Positions 28,852 to 38,170 of a stretch of DNA of 64,000 nt are shown here, piece by piece (the stretch's first letter is position 1; every line of letters starts with the position of its first letter). A program made the position numbers and the translations under genes. The notes under the pieces were generated by a model. The model saw only the letters and a program-made list of their open reading frames with translations, was not told where the DNA came from and did not search any database. Source of the stretch: Patescibacteria group bacterium (GTDB lineage: Bacteria > Patescibacteriota > Patescibacteriia > 2-02-FULL-49-11); assembly GCA_041645165.1 (NCBI GenBank), contig JBAZQN010000006.1, forward strand, positions 4,933-68,932, read 5' to 3'.

Positions 28852-29130
28852 ATGAAATCCAAATTCCAAAGTTCAAAGTTCAAATATCACGCCAGAGGCG
28901 GATCAGCCCCCGCCAAAGGCGGGTCTGCCTTCGGCACGATTTGGCTGAAAATCTAAAAATAAAAATGACGAAACTTTGACATTGGACATTCGAGCTTTAT
29001 TTGACCCGCCTGCCTACGCCTGTCGAGGGGAACGGTAACATCCTTAAAATTGAACGTTATCCCTGACGTACGGAACGTTCCCTAAGGAAGGCTATGGCGG
29101 GCAGGCATTTGGATTTTGAACTTGGGATTT
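28852..29130. repeat. heptamer-repeat hairpin with nested GC palindromes
   Basis: caaaatt/caaagtt repeats versus tttgga/tttgaa; inserts cgccagaggcgg and cccgcc...ggcggg. Confidence 0.7.
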
Positions 29131-29144
29131 ACGCGCACAGCGCG

Positions 29145-30434
29145 TCAGATACTCTCATAATCCCTCATTACCAGCTGCGCATTGATCTGCTGGACAGTTT
29201 CGATCACCACGGATACCACGATGAGGATGGACGTGCCGCCTATGACAAGGGTTGAGAGGTTAAACACCGACTGCATGATGATGGGCAAAATCGCAATGAT
29301 GCTTAAAAAGAGCGCGCCTGCAAGCATAATGCGGTTGGACACATTGTTGAGGTACACCGCGGTCTCCCTCCCCGGCCGTATTCCGGGCACGAAACCTCCT
29401 TGCTTCTGGAGATTTTCCGCAATCTTATCAGGATGGAATACCACCGCGGTATAAAAATACGTAAACCCGAACACCAATACAAAATAGATAATCCCATAGA
29501 AGAGCTGGTTCTGGAAAATCCTAATGATTGTTTCAGCAGCATTGCGCAGCCACAATGCATCCGCGCGCAGGAAAAATTGCGCCAAGAGCGAGGGGAATAA
29601 TACGATGGAAATCGCAAAAATGATGGGGATCACTCCCGCCTGGTTCACCCGCATGGGCAGATGGGTGACCGCGCCGCCCAAGGTCCTCAAGCCTCGTATT
29701 TGTTTTGCGTAAGTGATGGGGATGTTGCGCTGCGCTTCCGTGATGAACACAATGCCCGCCACCGTGACTATGGCAATCACCGCAAATATGATGATCGAAA
29801 GGAATTGGGTGGAGGTATATACGGCGAACGTCCGCTGCACTGTCTGCGGAAGCCCTGCGATGATACCCGCAAAGATGAGGAGCGATATGCCGTTCCCCAC
29901 TTTTTTCTCTGAAATAAGTTCGCCCACCCACATGAGAAACACCGTACCCGCAGTAAGGGTAAGAATGGTGAGAATCCATGTGGAAAGGGTGAACGACCCT
30001 ACGATTTGCCCGCCGAGCGAAGAAGACTGCCTGAGGATGGTAATCACCCCGTAGCTCTGCAGAATGGCCATGGGGATCGTGAGCATGCGGGTATATTGGT
30101 TAATTTTCCGATTTCCGCTTTCCCCTTCTTTTGAGAGCTCCTCAAGGCTCGGCACTACCATTTGCAAAAGCTGGAGGATAATGGATGCGGTGATATACGG
30201 CCCTACGCCGAGCGCGACGATTGAAAAATTTTCCAACCCTCCTCCTGAAAAAAGGTTTAAAAGCCCCAGCACCTGGTTAGACGCAAAAAACTGGCGCAGC
30301 ACGCCGATGTCAACGCCGGGAATGGGGATATGGGCAGCCACGCGGAATATCGTCAGCATCCCGAGGACAAACAATATCTTCATCCTCAACTCCTTGTCGC
30401 TCCAAATTTGATGCAAACGGTCTGTAATAGCCAT
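29145..30434 (-). CDS. secY: preprotein translocase SecY
   Basis: [28 protein letters not shown]. Confidence 0.97.
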   Translation of the reverse strand: MAITDRLHQIWSDKELRMKILFVLGMLTIFRVAAHIPIPGVDIGVLRQFFASNQVLGLLNLFSGGGLENFSIVALGVGPYITASIILQLLQMVVPSLEELSKEGESGNRKINQYTRMLTIPMAILQSYGVITILRQSSSLGGQIVGSFTLSTWILTILTLTAGTVFLMWVGELISEKKVGNGISLLIFAGIIAGLPQTVQRTFAVYTSTQFLSIIIFAVIAIVTVAGIVFITEAQRNIPITYAKQIRGLRTLGGAVTHLPMRVNQAGVIPIIFAISIVLFPSLLAQFFLRADALWLRNAAETIIRIFQNQLFYGIIYFVLVFGFTYFYTAVVFHPDKIAENLQKQGGFVPGIRPGRETAVYLNNVSNRIMLAGALFLSIIAILPIIMQSVFNLSTLVIGGTSILIVVSVVIETVQQINAQLVMRDYESI

Positions 30435-30443
30435 ACTATAATA

Positions 30444-30530
30444 TGAAATCCCAAACCACAATTCACAAGCGATTTTGAGAATTGGTCATTTGGATTTTAT
30501 TTGACATTGGGATTTGGAAATTGGGATTTA
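30444..30530. repeat. heptamer-repeat hairpin overlapping rplO 3' end
   Basis: aaatccc versus ttgggat/ttggaaa. Confidence 0.65.
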
Positions 30531-30976
30531 TCAATAACGACCGCCTTTCCTCCCGCCTTTTCGATTTTTTCTTTCGCAGCAGCAGAAAATTTGTGAGCTG
30601 AAATTTCAAATTTTTTCGTTAATTCCCCATCGCTTAATATCTTCAGCCCTCTCCCTGCATGGCGGATCACGCCGCGGCTGATGAGCGTCTTGGCATCAAT
30701 GCGCGCGCCATTGTCAAACAACGCATCGAGCTTGCCAATATTGACGCAGATATATTTCTCCTTATGCTTATTTGCGTGCCCTCTCAACTGCGGTGTCTGC
30801 AGGAGCAGATGCCGCATGCCTTTGTAAGCGAGTTTATTCCTCCCGCCGCTGCGCGCGCGCTGCCCCTTGGTGCCGCGGCCTGAGGTGGTGCCGCGTTTGC
30901 CTCCGCGTCCCACGCGCAGACGGCTTTTGCGCGAACCGCGATACGGCGAAAGGGTATGGAGTGAAATGTCGGACAT
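30497..30976 (-). CDS. rplO: 50S ribosomal protein L15
   Basis: RVGRGG..G.TSGRG.KGQ.ARSG, KIEKAGG. Confidence 0.95.
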   Translation of the reverse strand: MSDISLHTLSPYRGSRKSRLRVGRGGKRGTTSGRGTKGQRARSGGRNKLAYKGMRHLLLQTPQLRGHANKHKEKYICVNIGKLDALFDNGARIDAKTLISRGVIRHAGRGLKILSDGELTKKFEISAHKFSAAAKEKIEKAGGKAVVIDKSQFPNPNVK

Positions 30977-30989
30977 ACATTATCTTATG

Positions 30990-31176
30990 AAAATGACCAA
31001 TAATCAACAATCGATTTAATCCTCATCTTTGATAATTTACAATTTTCAAGCATCAATTTTCAAATAATTTTCAATGCAACAATGATCCAATGTTTGAAAA
31101 TTGAAGCATTGATTGAAAATTGAGAATTGAAAATTTACGGTTTGATGGAGAATTGGGTCTTAGGATTTGGAATTTT
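30990..31176. repeat. nested heptamer-repeat hairpins
   Basis: caatttt versus aaaattg; inner part resembles 9500-9648. Confidence 0.7.
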
Positions 31177-31182
31177 ATCATA

Positions 31183-31695
31183 TTACATTGTAGTACTCTT
31201 TGTCGGCACATAGCGAGGTTTACTCTTTAGAGACTGTAATGCCTTAATGGTGAGTTTCACATTATTCACCTTATTCTCGCTCCCGAGCATTTTTGCCACC
31301 GCATTCGCAACGCCAGAAACCATGAGCACCTGCCGAATGGCTCCTCCCGCGATAATGCCCGTCCCCTTGGGGGCCGGTTTAAGGTAAATGGAGGCCGCCT
31401 TATAACGCAAACGTACCGCGTGCGGTATGGTCTCCTTCACCAGTGGTATGGTAATGACCCTTTTTTTCGCCGCAGTCGTCGCTTTGGCAATCGCTTGGGA
31501 TACGTCAGCGCCTTTCCCCAAACCGTACCCTACCCGGCCTTTATGGTCGCCAATAGCCACAAGGGCGCGAAAACGCATGCGCTTTCCACCCTTTTGGACG
31601 CGCGTCACGCGTCTTATCTCGATGAGTTTCTGCTCAAACTCTTCAGGCTCTCTTGCCTCTCGCTCTCTTGTATTGGAACGTCGTGGTTGGACCAT
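31183..31695 (-). CDS. rpsE: 30S ribosomal protein S5
   Basis: IRRVTRVQKGGK, GTGIIAGG. Confidence 0.96.
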   Translation of the reverse strand: MVQPRRSNTREREAREPEEFEQKLIEIRRVTRVQKGGKRMRFRALVAIGDHKGRVGYGLGKGADVSQAIAKATTAAKKRVITIPLVKETIPHAVRLRYKAASIYLKPAPKGTGIIAGGAIRQVLMVSGVANAVAKMLGSENKVNNVKLTIKALQSLKSKPRYVPTKSTTM

Positions 31696-31705
31696 AAACA
31701 TTGTG

Positions 31706-31810
31706 TAAAATCCTAAATTCTAAACTCTAAATCCTAAATTGTTTAGTACCTCACTTTGAATTTAGCCATTTGGATTTGTTTAGGATTTGGGATTTAGTGT
31801 TTAGAGTTTA
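31706..31810. repeat. heptamer-repeat hairpin
   Basis: taaatcc/taaattc/taaactc versus tttagga/tttagtg/tttagag. Confidence 0.75.
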
Positions 31811-32179
31811 TCACAAGGTGAGTCCTCCCTCCCGTGCGCCTTCTGCGACGGCTTTTACTTGGCCGTGATAACTGAATCTACCTCGATCAAATACGGCATG
31901 GGTGATGCCTTTTTCTTTTGCGAGTTTTGCCATCGCGAGTCCCGCTTGATGCGCACCGATTACCCCTTTTGCCGCATCCCTTGCCTTCGCCTTGCCTCCA
32001 AATATTTTCTGATGCATACAGAGCGTTTTTTGGGCTTCGTCATCAATAAGTTGTATGGAAATACGGGTGTTACTGCGAAATACGCTCATGCGTGGCTTTG
32101 TGGCGCTGCCTCTGATGCGCGCACGCACACGATGCGCGCGGCGCTGCTGGCTAATTTTTTTCCCTTTTGTGATATTCAT
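31811..32179 (-). CDS. rplR: 50S ribosomal protein L18
   Basis: PRMSVFRS, VFDRG..YHG.V.A.A..AREGG; true start 32179. Confidence 0.95.
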   Translation of the reverse strand: MNITKGKKISQQRRAHRVRARIRGSATKPRMSVFRSNTRISIQLIDDEAQKTLCMHQKIFGGKAKARDAAKGVIGAHQAGLAMAKLAKEKGITHAVFDRGRFSYHGQVKAVAEGAREGGLTL

Positions 32180-32405
32180 ACCCCGTATATCAACATCCAA
32201 CGCCAAACGTGGCGACATTTGTAAAATTCACTAGAACGGTTGCGACCTTGGAATATTGTTGCATAGAAATGTACGTATGAAACGTTTGGCGATCAGTGAG
32301 GGAGGCCTGAAAATACCTTTCAAGGTAATCGCTTAGACTCCCTCATAACATTCGTTTTCCATCCTAACGGCTTGCCTCCCTCTTGGATGTTGTATTGCGG
32401 GGCAT
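32177..32405 (-). mobile_element. start-codon element family A, copy A2 (229 bp)
   Basis: Same termini as A1, ends on the rplR ATG; near-identical to A4. Confidence 0.88.
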
Positions 32406-32425
32406 ATATTAATAAAGAATGCTGA

Positions 32426-32989
32426 TTACTTTCCGCCCGTGCCGGCTCCTGCCGCTTTCACCTGTTTCCCTGCCTTCCTGCGGATGACTTCCTTCTCATA
32501 TTTAATGCCTTTCCCTTTATATGGTTCGGGAGGGCGAAGCGCACGGATTTGTGCGGAAACCTCTCCCACCAATTGCTTCTCAATTCCTTTTACGGTAATA
32601 ACATTTTTCTCCACAGAGGCTGCAATACCCTTTGGTATAGAAAAAGACACGGGATGCGAGAAACCTAGATTCAAATTAATCTTATCGCCCTCCACCGCGG
32701 CGCGATATCCTACTCCATTTATTTCCAATCGTTTCTCATACCCTTGGGTAACCCCTATAATCATATTCTCGATGAGGCGCGCGCTTAATCCCCAAAGCGC
32801 CTTATCATTTTTCAATTCTGGGTCATTTACGTTCACCACAAGAGTGCTCCCTTCGCTTTTTACGCGCACGTGCGGATGGAGGGTTATGGAAAGTTCGCCC
32901 TTTGGCCCTTTCACGGAAATGGTCTGCTCCTTGATGTCAGTAGTCACCTCGGGGGGGACGCTTATGGGTTTTTTGCCTATTCTGGACAT
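32426..32989 (-). CDS. rplF: 50S ribosomal protein L6
   Basis: MSRIGKKPI, PEPYKGKGIKY. Confidence 0.97.
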   Translation of the reverse strand: MSRIGKKPISVPPEVTTDIKEQTISVKGPKGELSITLHPHVRVKSEGSTLVVNVNDPELKNDKALWGLSARLIENMIIGVTQGYEKRLEINGVGYRAAVEGDKINLNLGFSHPVSFSIPKGIAASVEKNVITVKGIEKQLVGEVSAQIRALRPPEPYKGKGIKYEKEVIRRKAGKQVKAAGAGTGGK

Positions 32990-33001
32990 AACTTATAACA
33001 A

Positions 33002-33121
33002 CAATGACCAATGATCAAGATCCAATGACCAATCAATGACATAATACCCGAATGCCCGAATGTTTGGGATTTTGGATTTGGGATTTATTTGGAAATTGGT
33101 CATTGGGACTTGGGATTTCAT
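33002..33121. repeat. heptamer-repeat hairpin
   Basis: caatgac/caatgat versus ttgggat/ttggtca. Confidence 0.75.
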
Positions 33122-33125
33122 AATG

Positions 33126-33545
33126 TTACCATACTTCACACAATACCTCTCCTCCCAGTCTTTCTCTGCGCGCTTGGTTGTTCGTCATTACGCCCTTGGG
33201 GGTAGAGAGAATCGCAATGCCATAATTGTTCTGTACGCGCGGGAGTTCGCTATGGCCGCAGTAGACCCGTTTTCCGGGTTTCGAAATCTTCTGGATATTC
33301 AAAATAGACGCCTTCCCCTCTTCGGTATACCGAAGAACGATCCGTATCTGATCAGGGATGAAATGGCCGCGGCGGCGCGACGCACTGCCCGGGACCCGCT
33401 CCGCCTTCGCCACGTAGTTCTCGCTGAAAAGAATCTGGGCGATGGATAATTTAATGGCGGAATAAGGCGCCAGCACCTCAGATTTTTTCGCCATCTGAGC
33501 GTTCCGTATGCGTGTAATCATGTCTGCGATAGGATCGGTCATCAT
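33126..33545 (-). CDS. rpsH: 30S ribosomal protein S8
   Basis: TDPIADMITRIRNA, SKPGKRVY, GGEVLC. Confidence 0.97.
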   Translation of the reverse strand: MMTDPIADMITRIRNAQMAKKSEVLAPYSAIKLSIAQILFSENYVAKAERVPGSASRRRGHFIPDQIRIVLRYTEEGKASILNIQKISKPGKRVYCGHSELPRVQNNYGIAILSTPKGVMTNNQARRERLGGEVLCEVW

Positions 33546-33555
33546 ACCTTAATGT

Positions 33556-33709
33556 GAAATTTAAAAATCAAAAATCAAATATTAAAATGTTGGTATTCCG
33601 TCCCGCAATTGCGGGACTCCATAATTTTGCATTTTGAGATTTGTCCCGCACTTTATTATTAAACTCAGTGGCATGCGGGATCCCGCCTCTGCGGTGACAT
33701 TTTGCATTC
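33556..33709. repeat. heptamer-repeat hairpin with GC inserts
   Basis: caaaaat/caaatat versus attttgc; gtcccgcaattgcgggac insert. Confidence 0.7.
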
Positions 33710-33718
33710 ATACAATCA

Positions 33719-33904
33719 TTACCACGATGATTTCCTGACACCGGGGACCTGGCCGGCGTTCGCAAGCTCCCTGAAACATATGCGGCAAAGCTCAAAATCG
33801 CGCATATAACCGCGGTGTCTTCCGCAACGCCAGCATCGGTTCACGATACGCGTCGAAAACTTTGGTTTCCTCTTTGATTTTTCCTGCTGTGCTTCAGTAG
33901 CCAT
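33719..33904 (-). CDS. rpsN: 30S ribosomal protein S14 (zinc type)
   Basis: RCWRCGR...LCRICFR, 61 aa. Confidence 0.96.
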   Translation of the reverse strand: MATEAQQEKSKRKPKFSTRIVNRCWRCGRHRGYMRDFELCRICFRELANAGQVPGVRKSSW

Positions 33905-34010
33905 ACCCGCCTAAATTTTGCACCAGTCTGGTGCACTTAATTTCTTAATAACGATTACTCGACCTATTGTATCTCACTATTGTTCCTGCCCGCAAAACTT
34001 AGGCGGGCAT
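33902..34010 (-). mobile_element. start-codon element family B, copy B1 (109 bp)
   Basis: ATGCCCGCCTAAGTTTTGC...GCAAAATTTAGGCGGGTATG ending on the rpsN ATG. Confidence 0.88.
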
Positions 34011-34015
34011 ACTCT

Positions 34016-34558
34016 TTATTTCTCCTGCTGGAATGGGAACCCCAACAACTTAAAGAATACAAATCCCTCATCTCTTGTCCTCGCCGTACAATGGATGCTC
34101 ACTTCAAGCCCATGGATCCGTTCCACTTCATCTGGGCGTATTTCCGGAAATGCGAGGTGCTCACGGAATCCTATCGTAAGATTGCCGGATTGGTCAACTG
34201 CCGATGCGGGAAGGCCGCGAAAATCATGAATACGCGGCAAAGCGACTGATATAAGCTTATAGAGAAAATCTTCCATGCGTTTCCCTCTCAAGGTAACCTT
34301 GGCGCCCACGGTTTGCCCCTCCCGTATTTTGAATGCCGCGATTGATTTCTTCGCCTTGGTCCATACCGGCTTCTGCCCGGTGATCCTCGTAAGCGTGTCT
34401 GCGACAGTATTGACATGCTTTTCATCGCTCTTGTTGCGTCCAATACCCACATTCAAACTTACCTTCATAATGCGCGGCACCGCAAGCGCGTTCGCATAGC
34501 CAAACTGTTTCATCATTTCAGGGAGTACTTTTTGCTGATAATGCTCTTGAAAGGTCAT
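34016..34558 (-). CDS. rplE: 50S ribosomal protein L5
   Basis: ITGQKP, FKIREG, LPRIHDFRG. Confidence 0.97.
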   Translation of the reverse strand: MTFQEHYQQKVLPEMMKQFGYANALAVPRIMKVSLNVGIGRNKSDEKHVNTVADTLTRITGQKPVWTKAKKSIAAFKIREGQTVGAKVTLRGKRMEDFLYKLISVALPRIHDFRGLPASAVDQSGNLTIGFREHLAFPEIRPDEVERIHGLEVSIHCTARTRDEGFVFFKLLGFPFQQEK

Positions 34559-34663
34559 ACCCGCCTAAATTTTGCACCAGTCTGGTGCGATTAACTTCTT
34601 AATAACGATTACTCGACCTATTGTATCTCACTATTGTCCTGCCCGCAAAACTTAGGCGAGCAT
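34556..34663 (-). mobile_element. start-codon element family B, copy B2 (108 bp)
   Basis: Near-identical to B1, ends on the rplE ATG. Confidence 0.88.
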
Positions 34664-34675
34664 ACTCCTTATTGT

Positions 34676-34984
34676 TTATATAAACGTTGCTTTGCATTTC
34701 TTGCATTGGCGTTTCTTCACCCCATCTTGGCCTAAAATCTTCCCGAGCCGGCTTAAAGCGCTACAGGAGGGGCACACCACTATGACATTAGATACCGCGA
34801 TCGGGGCGGGATAAAGTATGCGCTGCCCCTTATTGCTCCCCCGCGCGCGAAGATGCTTGGACCTTGTATTCAATCCCTCTACCACCACAAGGCGCTCTTC
34901 GGGGAATACTTGCAGAACCTTCCCTGTTTTGCCTTTATCCTTCCCGCTCATGACCTTTACATTGTCATTTTTTCGAACTTTCAT
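34676..34984 (-). CDS. rplX: 50S ribosomal protein L24
   Basis: KOW motif SGKDKGKTG; true start 34984. Confidence 0.95.
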   Translation of the reverse strand: MKVRKNDNVKVMSGKDKGKTGKVLQVFPEERLVVVEGLNTRSKHLRARGSNKGQRILYPAPIAVSNVIVVCPSCSALSRLGKILGQDGVKKRQCKKCKATFI

Positions 34985-35213
34985 ACCCAGTATATCAACA
35001 TCCAACGCCAAACATGGCTAGGATTGTAGTATTCTCTTGCATGGTTGCGACCTTGGGGTGTTGATGCATAAATCTATGTGAAGATAACGTTTGGCGATCC
35101 GTGAGGGAGGCATGGAGATTCCTCTCAACGCTTCTACCAGAATCCTTTATATCATATGTTCTTTCTTTACTCAAAAGATTAGCCTCCCTCTTGGATGTTG
35201 TATTACTGGGCAT
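34982..35213 (-). mobile_element. start-codon element family A, copy A3 (232 bp)
   Basis: ATGCCCAGTAATACAACATCCAA...TTGGATGTTGATATACTGGGTATG ending on the rplX ATG. Confidence 0.88.
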
Positions 35214-35224
35214 ATTCATTTTAA

Positions 35225-35596
35225 TTACACAACTTCAGGCGCCAATGAGATTATTTTAGTAAAACCCCTTACGCGCAGTTCTCTAGCCACAGGTCCGAAA
35301 ATACGCGTCCCCTTAGGCTCCTTTGTCTTGGCATCGACAATTACCCCCGCATTGTCATCAAACCTCACATACGTGCCGTCTTTCCGCCCGATCTCCTTGC
35401 GGGTACGCACGATGACTGCGTCGTACACCTCCCCTTTCTTGACTCCCGTATGCGGTTCCGCGAGCTTCACGGACACTTTCACGATATCGCCAATAGACGC
35501 GACGCGTTTCTTGTAACCGCCTTTCACGTGAATCACCTGGAGCTTTCTCGCGCCAGAGTTATCCGCAACGTTGAGCATTGTTCTGTGTTGGACCAT
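35225..35596 (-). CDS. rplN: 50S ribosomal protein L14
   Basis: [25 protein letters not shown]. Confidence 0.97.
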   Translation of the reverse strand: MVQHRTMLNVADNSGARKLQVIHVKGGYKKRVASIGDIVKVSVKLAEPHTGVKKGEVYDAVIVRTRKEIGRKDGTYVRFDDNAGVIVDAKTKEPKGTRIFGPVARELRVRGFTKIISLAPEVV

Positions 35597-35698
35597 AAAA
35601 TCAAATCAAAAGTCAAAAATCAAATATCAAAATGTTGGTATTCCGCCCCGCTATCGCGGGGCTCCATAATTTTGAGTTTTGCATTTTGGATTTTGCAT
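35597..35698. repeat. heptamer-repeat hairpin with GC insert
   Basis: caaaagt/caaaaat versus ttttgag/ttttgca; gccccgctatcgcggggc insert. Confidence 0.75.
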
Positions 35699-35700
35699 TA

Positions 35701-35931
35701 TCATATTACTCTCCACCTCTTCTCCTTGGATAAAGGGCGGCATTCGACAAAGGACACCTTATCGCCCACATGGTACGCATTCTTTTCATCATGCACCTTA
35801 AAGGTATTGCTGGATCGTATGCGTTTTCCATATTTAGGATGCACCGTCACCCGATCAACGCGGACTACAATCGTCTTTTCCATCGCGTCTTTCACTACGA
35901 TTCCCTTAAATTGCCTTTGTGTGGTATTCAT
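35701..35931 (-). CDS. rpsQ: 30S ribosomal protein S17
   Basis: HPKYGK, VHDE, ECRPLSK.KRW. Confidence 0.96.
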   Translation of the reverse strand: MNTTQRQFKGIVVKDAMEKTIVVRVDRVTVHPKYGKRIRSSNTFKVHDEKNAYHVGDKVSFVECRPLSKEKRWRVI

Positions 35932-35942
35932 GGAAGTATGCG

Positions 35943-36143
35943 TTACTTATTCTCGTGTGCAGCACGAGAGCGTGTAAGGGTAAGAATCCTTGCGATAGTG
36001 CGCCTTAACTGCCGCGCATCACGGGTATCCTTCTGCTGTCCTGCGGCGGTACGAAACTTGAAATCGGTCAATTTCCCTTGCAGTTCAGAAAGGGCCTTTC
36101 TTAATTCTTCCTCAGTTTTTTCCCTCAATTCCTTCATTTTCAT
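35943..36143 (-). CDS. rpmC: 50S ribosomal protein L29
   Basis: ELREKT.EEL, RR.IARILT; true start 36143. Confidence 0.93.
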   Translation of the reverse strand: MKMKELREKTEEELRKALSELQGKLTDFKFRTAAGQQKDTRDARQLRRTIARILTLTRSRAAHENK

Positions 36144-36370
36144 ACCCCGTATATCAACATCCAACGCCAAACGTGGCGACATTTGTAAAATTCACTTGAA
36201 CAGTTGCGACCTTGGAATATTGTTGCATAGAAATGTGTGCATGAAGCGTTTGGCGATCGGTGAGGGAGGCCTGAAAATACCTTTCAAGGTAATCGCTTAA
36301 ACTCCCTCATAACATTCGTTTTCCATCCTAACGGCTATGCCTCCCTCTTGGATGTTGTATTGCGGGGCAT
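36141..36370 (-). mobile_element. start-codon element family A, copy A4 (230 bp)
   Basis: Near-identical to A2; begins 3 nt after the rplP stop and ends on the rpmC ATG. Confidence 0.88.
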
Positions 36371-36373
36371 ACG

Positions 36374-36793
36374 CTAGGTGTCTATTCGTTTTACAATCTT
36401 CGTCTTCATTGACATTTTATATCCCGCGTTCTTTAACGCTTTAAGGGATATCTCCTCACCCACGCCGTCTATTTCAAACAAAATCATGCCGGGCCTCACG
36501 TTTGCGACATAATGGTCAACCGTGCCTTTCCCGCTTCCCATGGGCACCTCTGAACCTTTTATGGTTATGGGCTTGTCGGGAAAAACACGTATCCACATCT
36601 TACCGCCTTTATGCAGATACCTTGAAATCGTCCTCCGGGCTGATTCGATCTGCCGGGAAGTTGCATACCCATGCGTCATCGCTTTCAAGCCCCATTCGCC
36701 GAAATTGATACGGTGAGTCCTTGTCGCATTCGCGCGCACGCTTCCCGCATGCCGATGCCACTTTCTATGTTTTACTTTCTTCGGAAACAACAT
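36374..36793 (-). CDS. rplP: 50S ribosomal protein L16
   Basis: PKKVKHRK, QIESARR, MGSGKG. Confidence 0.96.
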   Translation of the reverse strand: MLFPKKVKHRKWHRHAGSVRANATRTHRINFGEWGLKAMTHGYATSRQIESARRTISRYLHKGGKMWIRVFPDKPITIKGSEVPMGSGKGTVDHYVANVRPGMILFEIDGVGEEISLKALKNAGYKMSMKTKIVKRIDT

Positions 36794-36825
36794 ACCATGT
36801 AAATGCAAAATGCAAAATAAAGGAA

Positions 36826-37533
36826 TTACGTGCCGCCCTGCGGCACTCCATAATTTTGATCTTTGATTTTTGATCTTTGATTTTCGTCCGTATTAAACAC
36901 TTCCCCATGGTTAACCCACACCTTCACTCCTACTGTCCCATACGTGGTCACCGCAACCGTTCTGCCAAATTCAATATCGATGCGCAAGGTGTGCATGGGG
37001 ATTTTGCCCCGCGACAAGGTTTCATTCCGTGCGATCTCAGCGCCATCAAGCCTGCCGGAGAGCTCCACTTTTGCCCCTAGGACGCCACTGGTCTTCATAA
37101 TTTGTTCCAGGGCCCTGCGCATCGTGCGGCGGAAAGGCAATCTCCGCTCAATCTCAAGCGCGATATTCTGGGCGACAATCTGCGCCGAGCCCGTAGGGTG
37201 TTCCACCTCTTTTATGGAAAGATTAAGCTTGGTGCCCTTCGTGCGTAAAAATTTCTTCTCAAGCGCCCTGCGGAGCTCTTCCGCGCCGCTCCCGCCGCGG
37301 CCAATGATGACGCCTGGTTTGCCCGTATGAAGCGTGATCGTCAGCATATTCGGATTCCGGTCGATCTCCACTTTCGCAACGCTTGCTTCACGAAGTTTCG
37401 TTTTTAAAAATTTGCGTATCTCCACATCCTGGCGGAGCAATTGCGCATAGCGGCGCCCGCGTGCGAACCACTTAGAGTCCCACGTTGATATAATGCCTAA
37501 ACGAAATGCTCTTGGATGTACCTTTTGACCCAT
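36826..37533 (-). CDS. rpsC: 30S ribosomal protein S3
   Basis: MGQKVHP, KPGVIIGRGG, SGRLDGAEIAR. Confidence 0.97.
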   Translation of the reverse strand: MGQKVHPRAFRLGIISTWDSKWFARGRRYAQLLRQDVEIRKFLKTKLREASVAKVEIDRNPNMLTITLHTGKPGVIIGRGGSGAEELRRALEKKFLRTKGTKLNLSIKEVEHPTGSAQIVAQNIALEIERRLPFRRTMRRALEQIMKTSGVLGAKVELSGRLDGAEIARNETLSRGKIPMHTLRIDIEFGRTVAVTTYGTVGVKVWVNHGEVFNTDENQRSKIKDQNYGVPQGGT

Positions 37534-37544
37534 ATTTAAATGAA

Positions 37545-37658
37545 TAAACTCTAAATACTAAAATCTAAATTCCAAACAAATTCAAAATTCCAATTACAAA
37601 ATTCAAAACACGTTTGAAATTTCGGCTATTTGGTATTGTTTGGGATTTGGGATTTCAT
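37545..37658. repeat. heptamer-repeat hairpin
   Basis: taaactc/taaatac/taaattc versus tttggta/tttggga. Confidence 0.75.
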
Positions 37659-37667
37659 AACCTTGCA

Positions 37668-38066
37668 TTACTTAATCCTCTCTTTAACCTTTTCTTTCCC
37701 TATTGCCTCATGCTCTCCTTTACCGAGTCGTGCCACTCTCTCTCCCAACACCAAAATGACATGGCTGGTCCTGCGGAGGATGGGATTTGCGCGGCCCATC
37801 GCCCGCGGAAAAGTCCTTTTCAGTGAAGGCCCCCCGTCAACGCGTATCTCCTTCACGTAAAGATTGATAGACTCAAGGTGAAAATTATGTTTCGCGTTCG
37901 CTACACCTGATTCCACAAGCTTTTTCAAAGGCTTTGCGCTATGATGCGCATCAAACGAAAGGAGCGCAATTGCTTTAGTGGCATCGATCCCTTTTATGGT
38001 CTCAGCCACCAGCCGCACCTTCCTTGGCGCCATCCGGAGATACCTTAATTTTGCAGTGATGTCCAT
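37668..38066 (-). CDS. rplV: 50S ribosomal protein L22
   Basis: APRKVRLVA, PRAMGRA, TSHV. Confidence 0.96.
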   Translation of the reverse strand: MDITAKLRYLRMAPRKVRLVAETIKGIDATKAIALLSFDAHHSAKPLKKLVESGVANAKHNFHLESINLYVKEIRVDGGPSLKRTFPRAMGRANPILRRTSHVILVLGERVARLGKGEHEAIGKEKVKERIK

Positions 38067-38170
38067 ACCCGCCTAAATTTTGCACCAGTCTGGTGCACTT
38101 AATTTCTTAATAACGATTACTCGACCTATTGTATCTCACTATTGTTCCTGCCCGCAAAACTTAGGCGGGC
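38064..38170 (-). mobile_element. start-codon element family B, copy B3, fused to the rpsS 3' end
   Basis: Same sequence as B1; its CCC GCC TAA provides the last codons and stop of rpsS. Confidence 0.88.

Noticed and set aside
33918-34249. Duplicated plus-strand ORFs starting MHQSGALNF and MFLPAKL (also 38080, 38142)
   Set aside because: Antisense translations of family B copies running into r-protein genes
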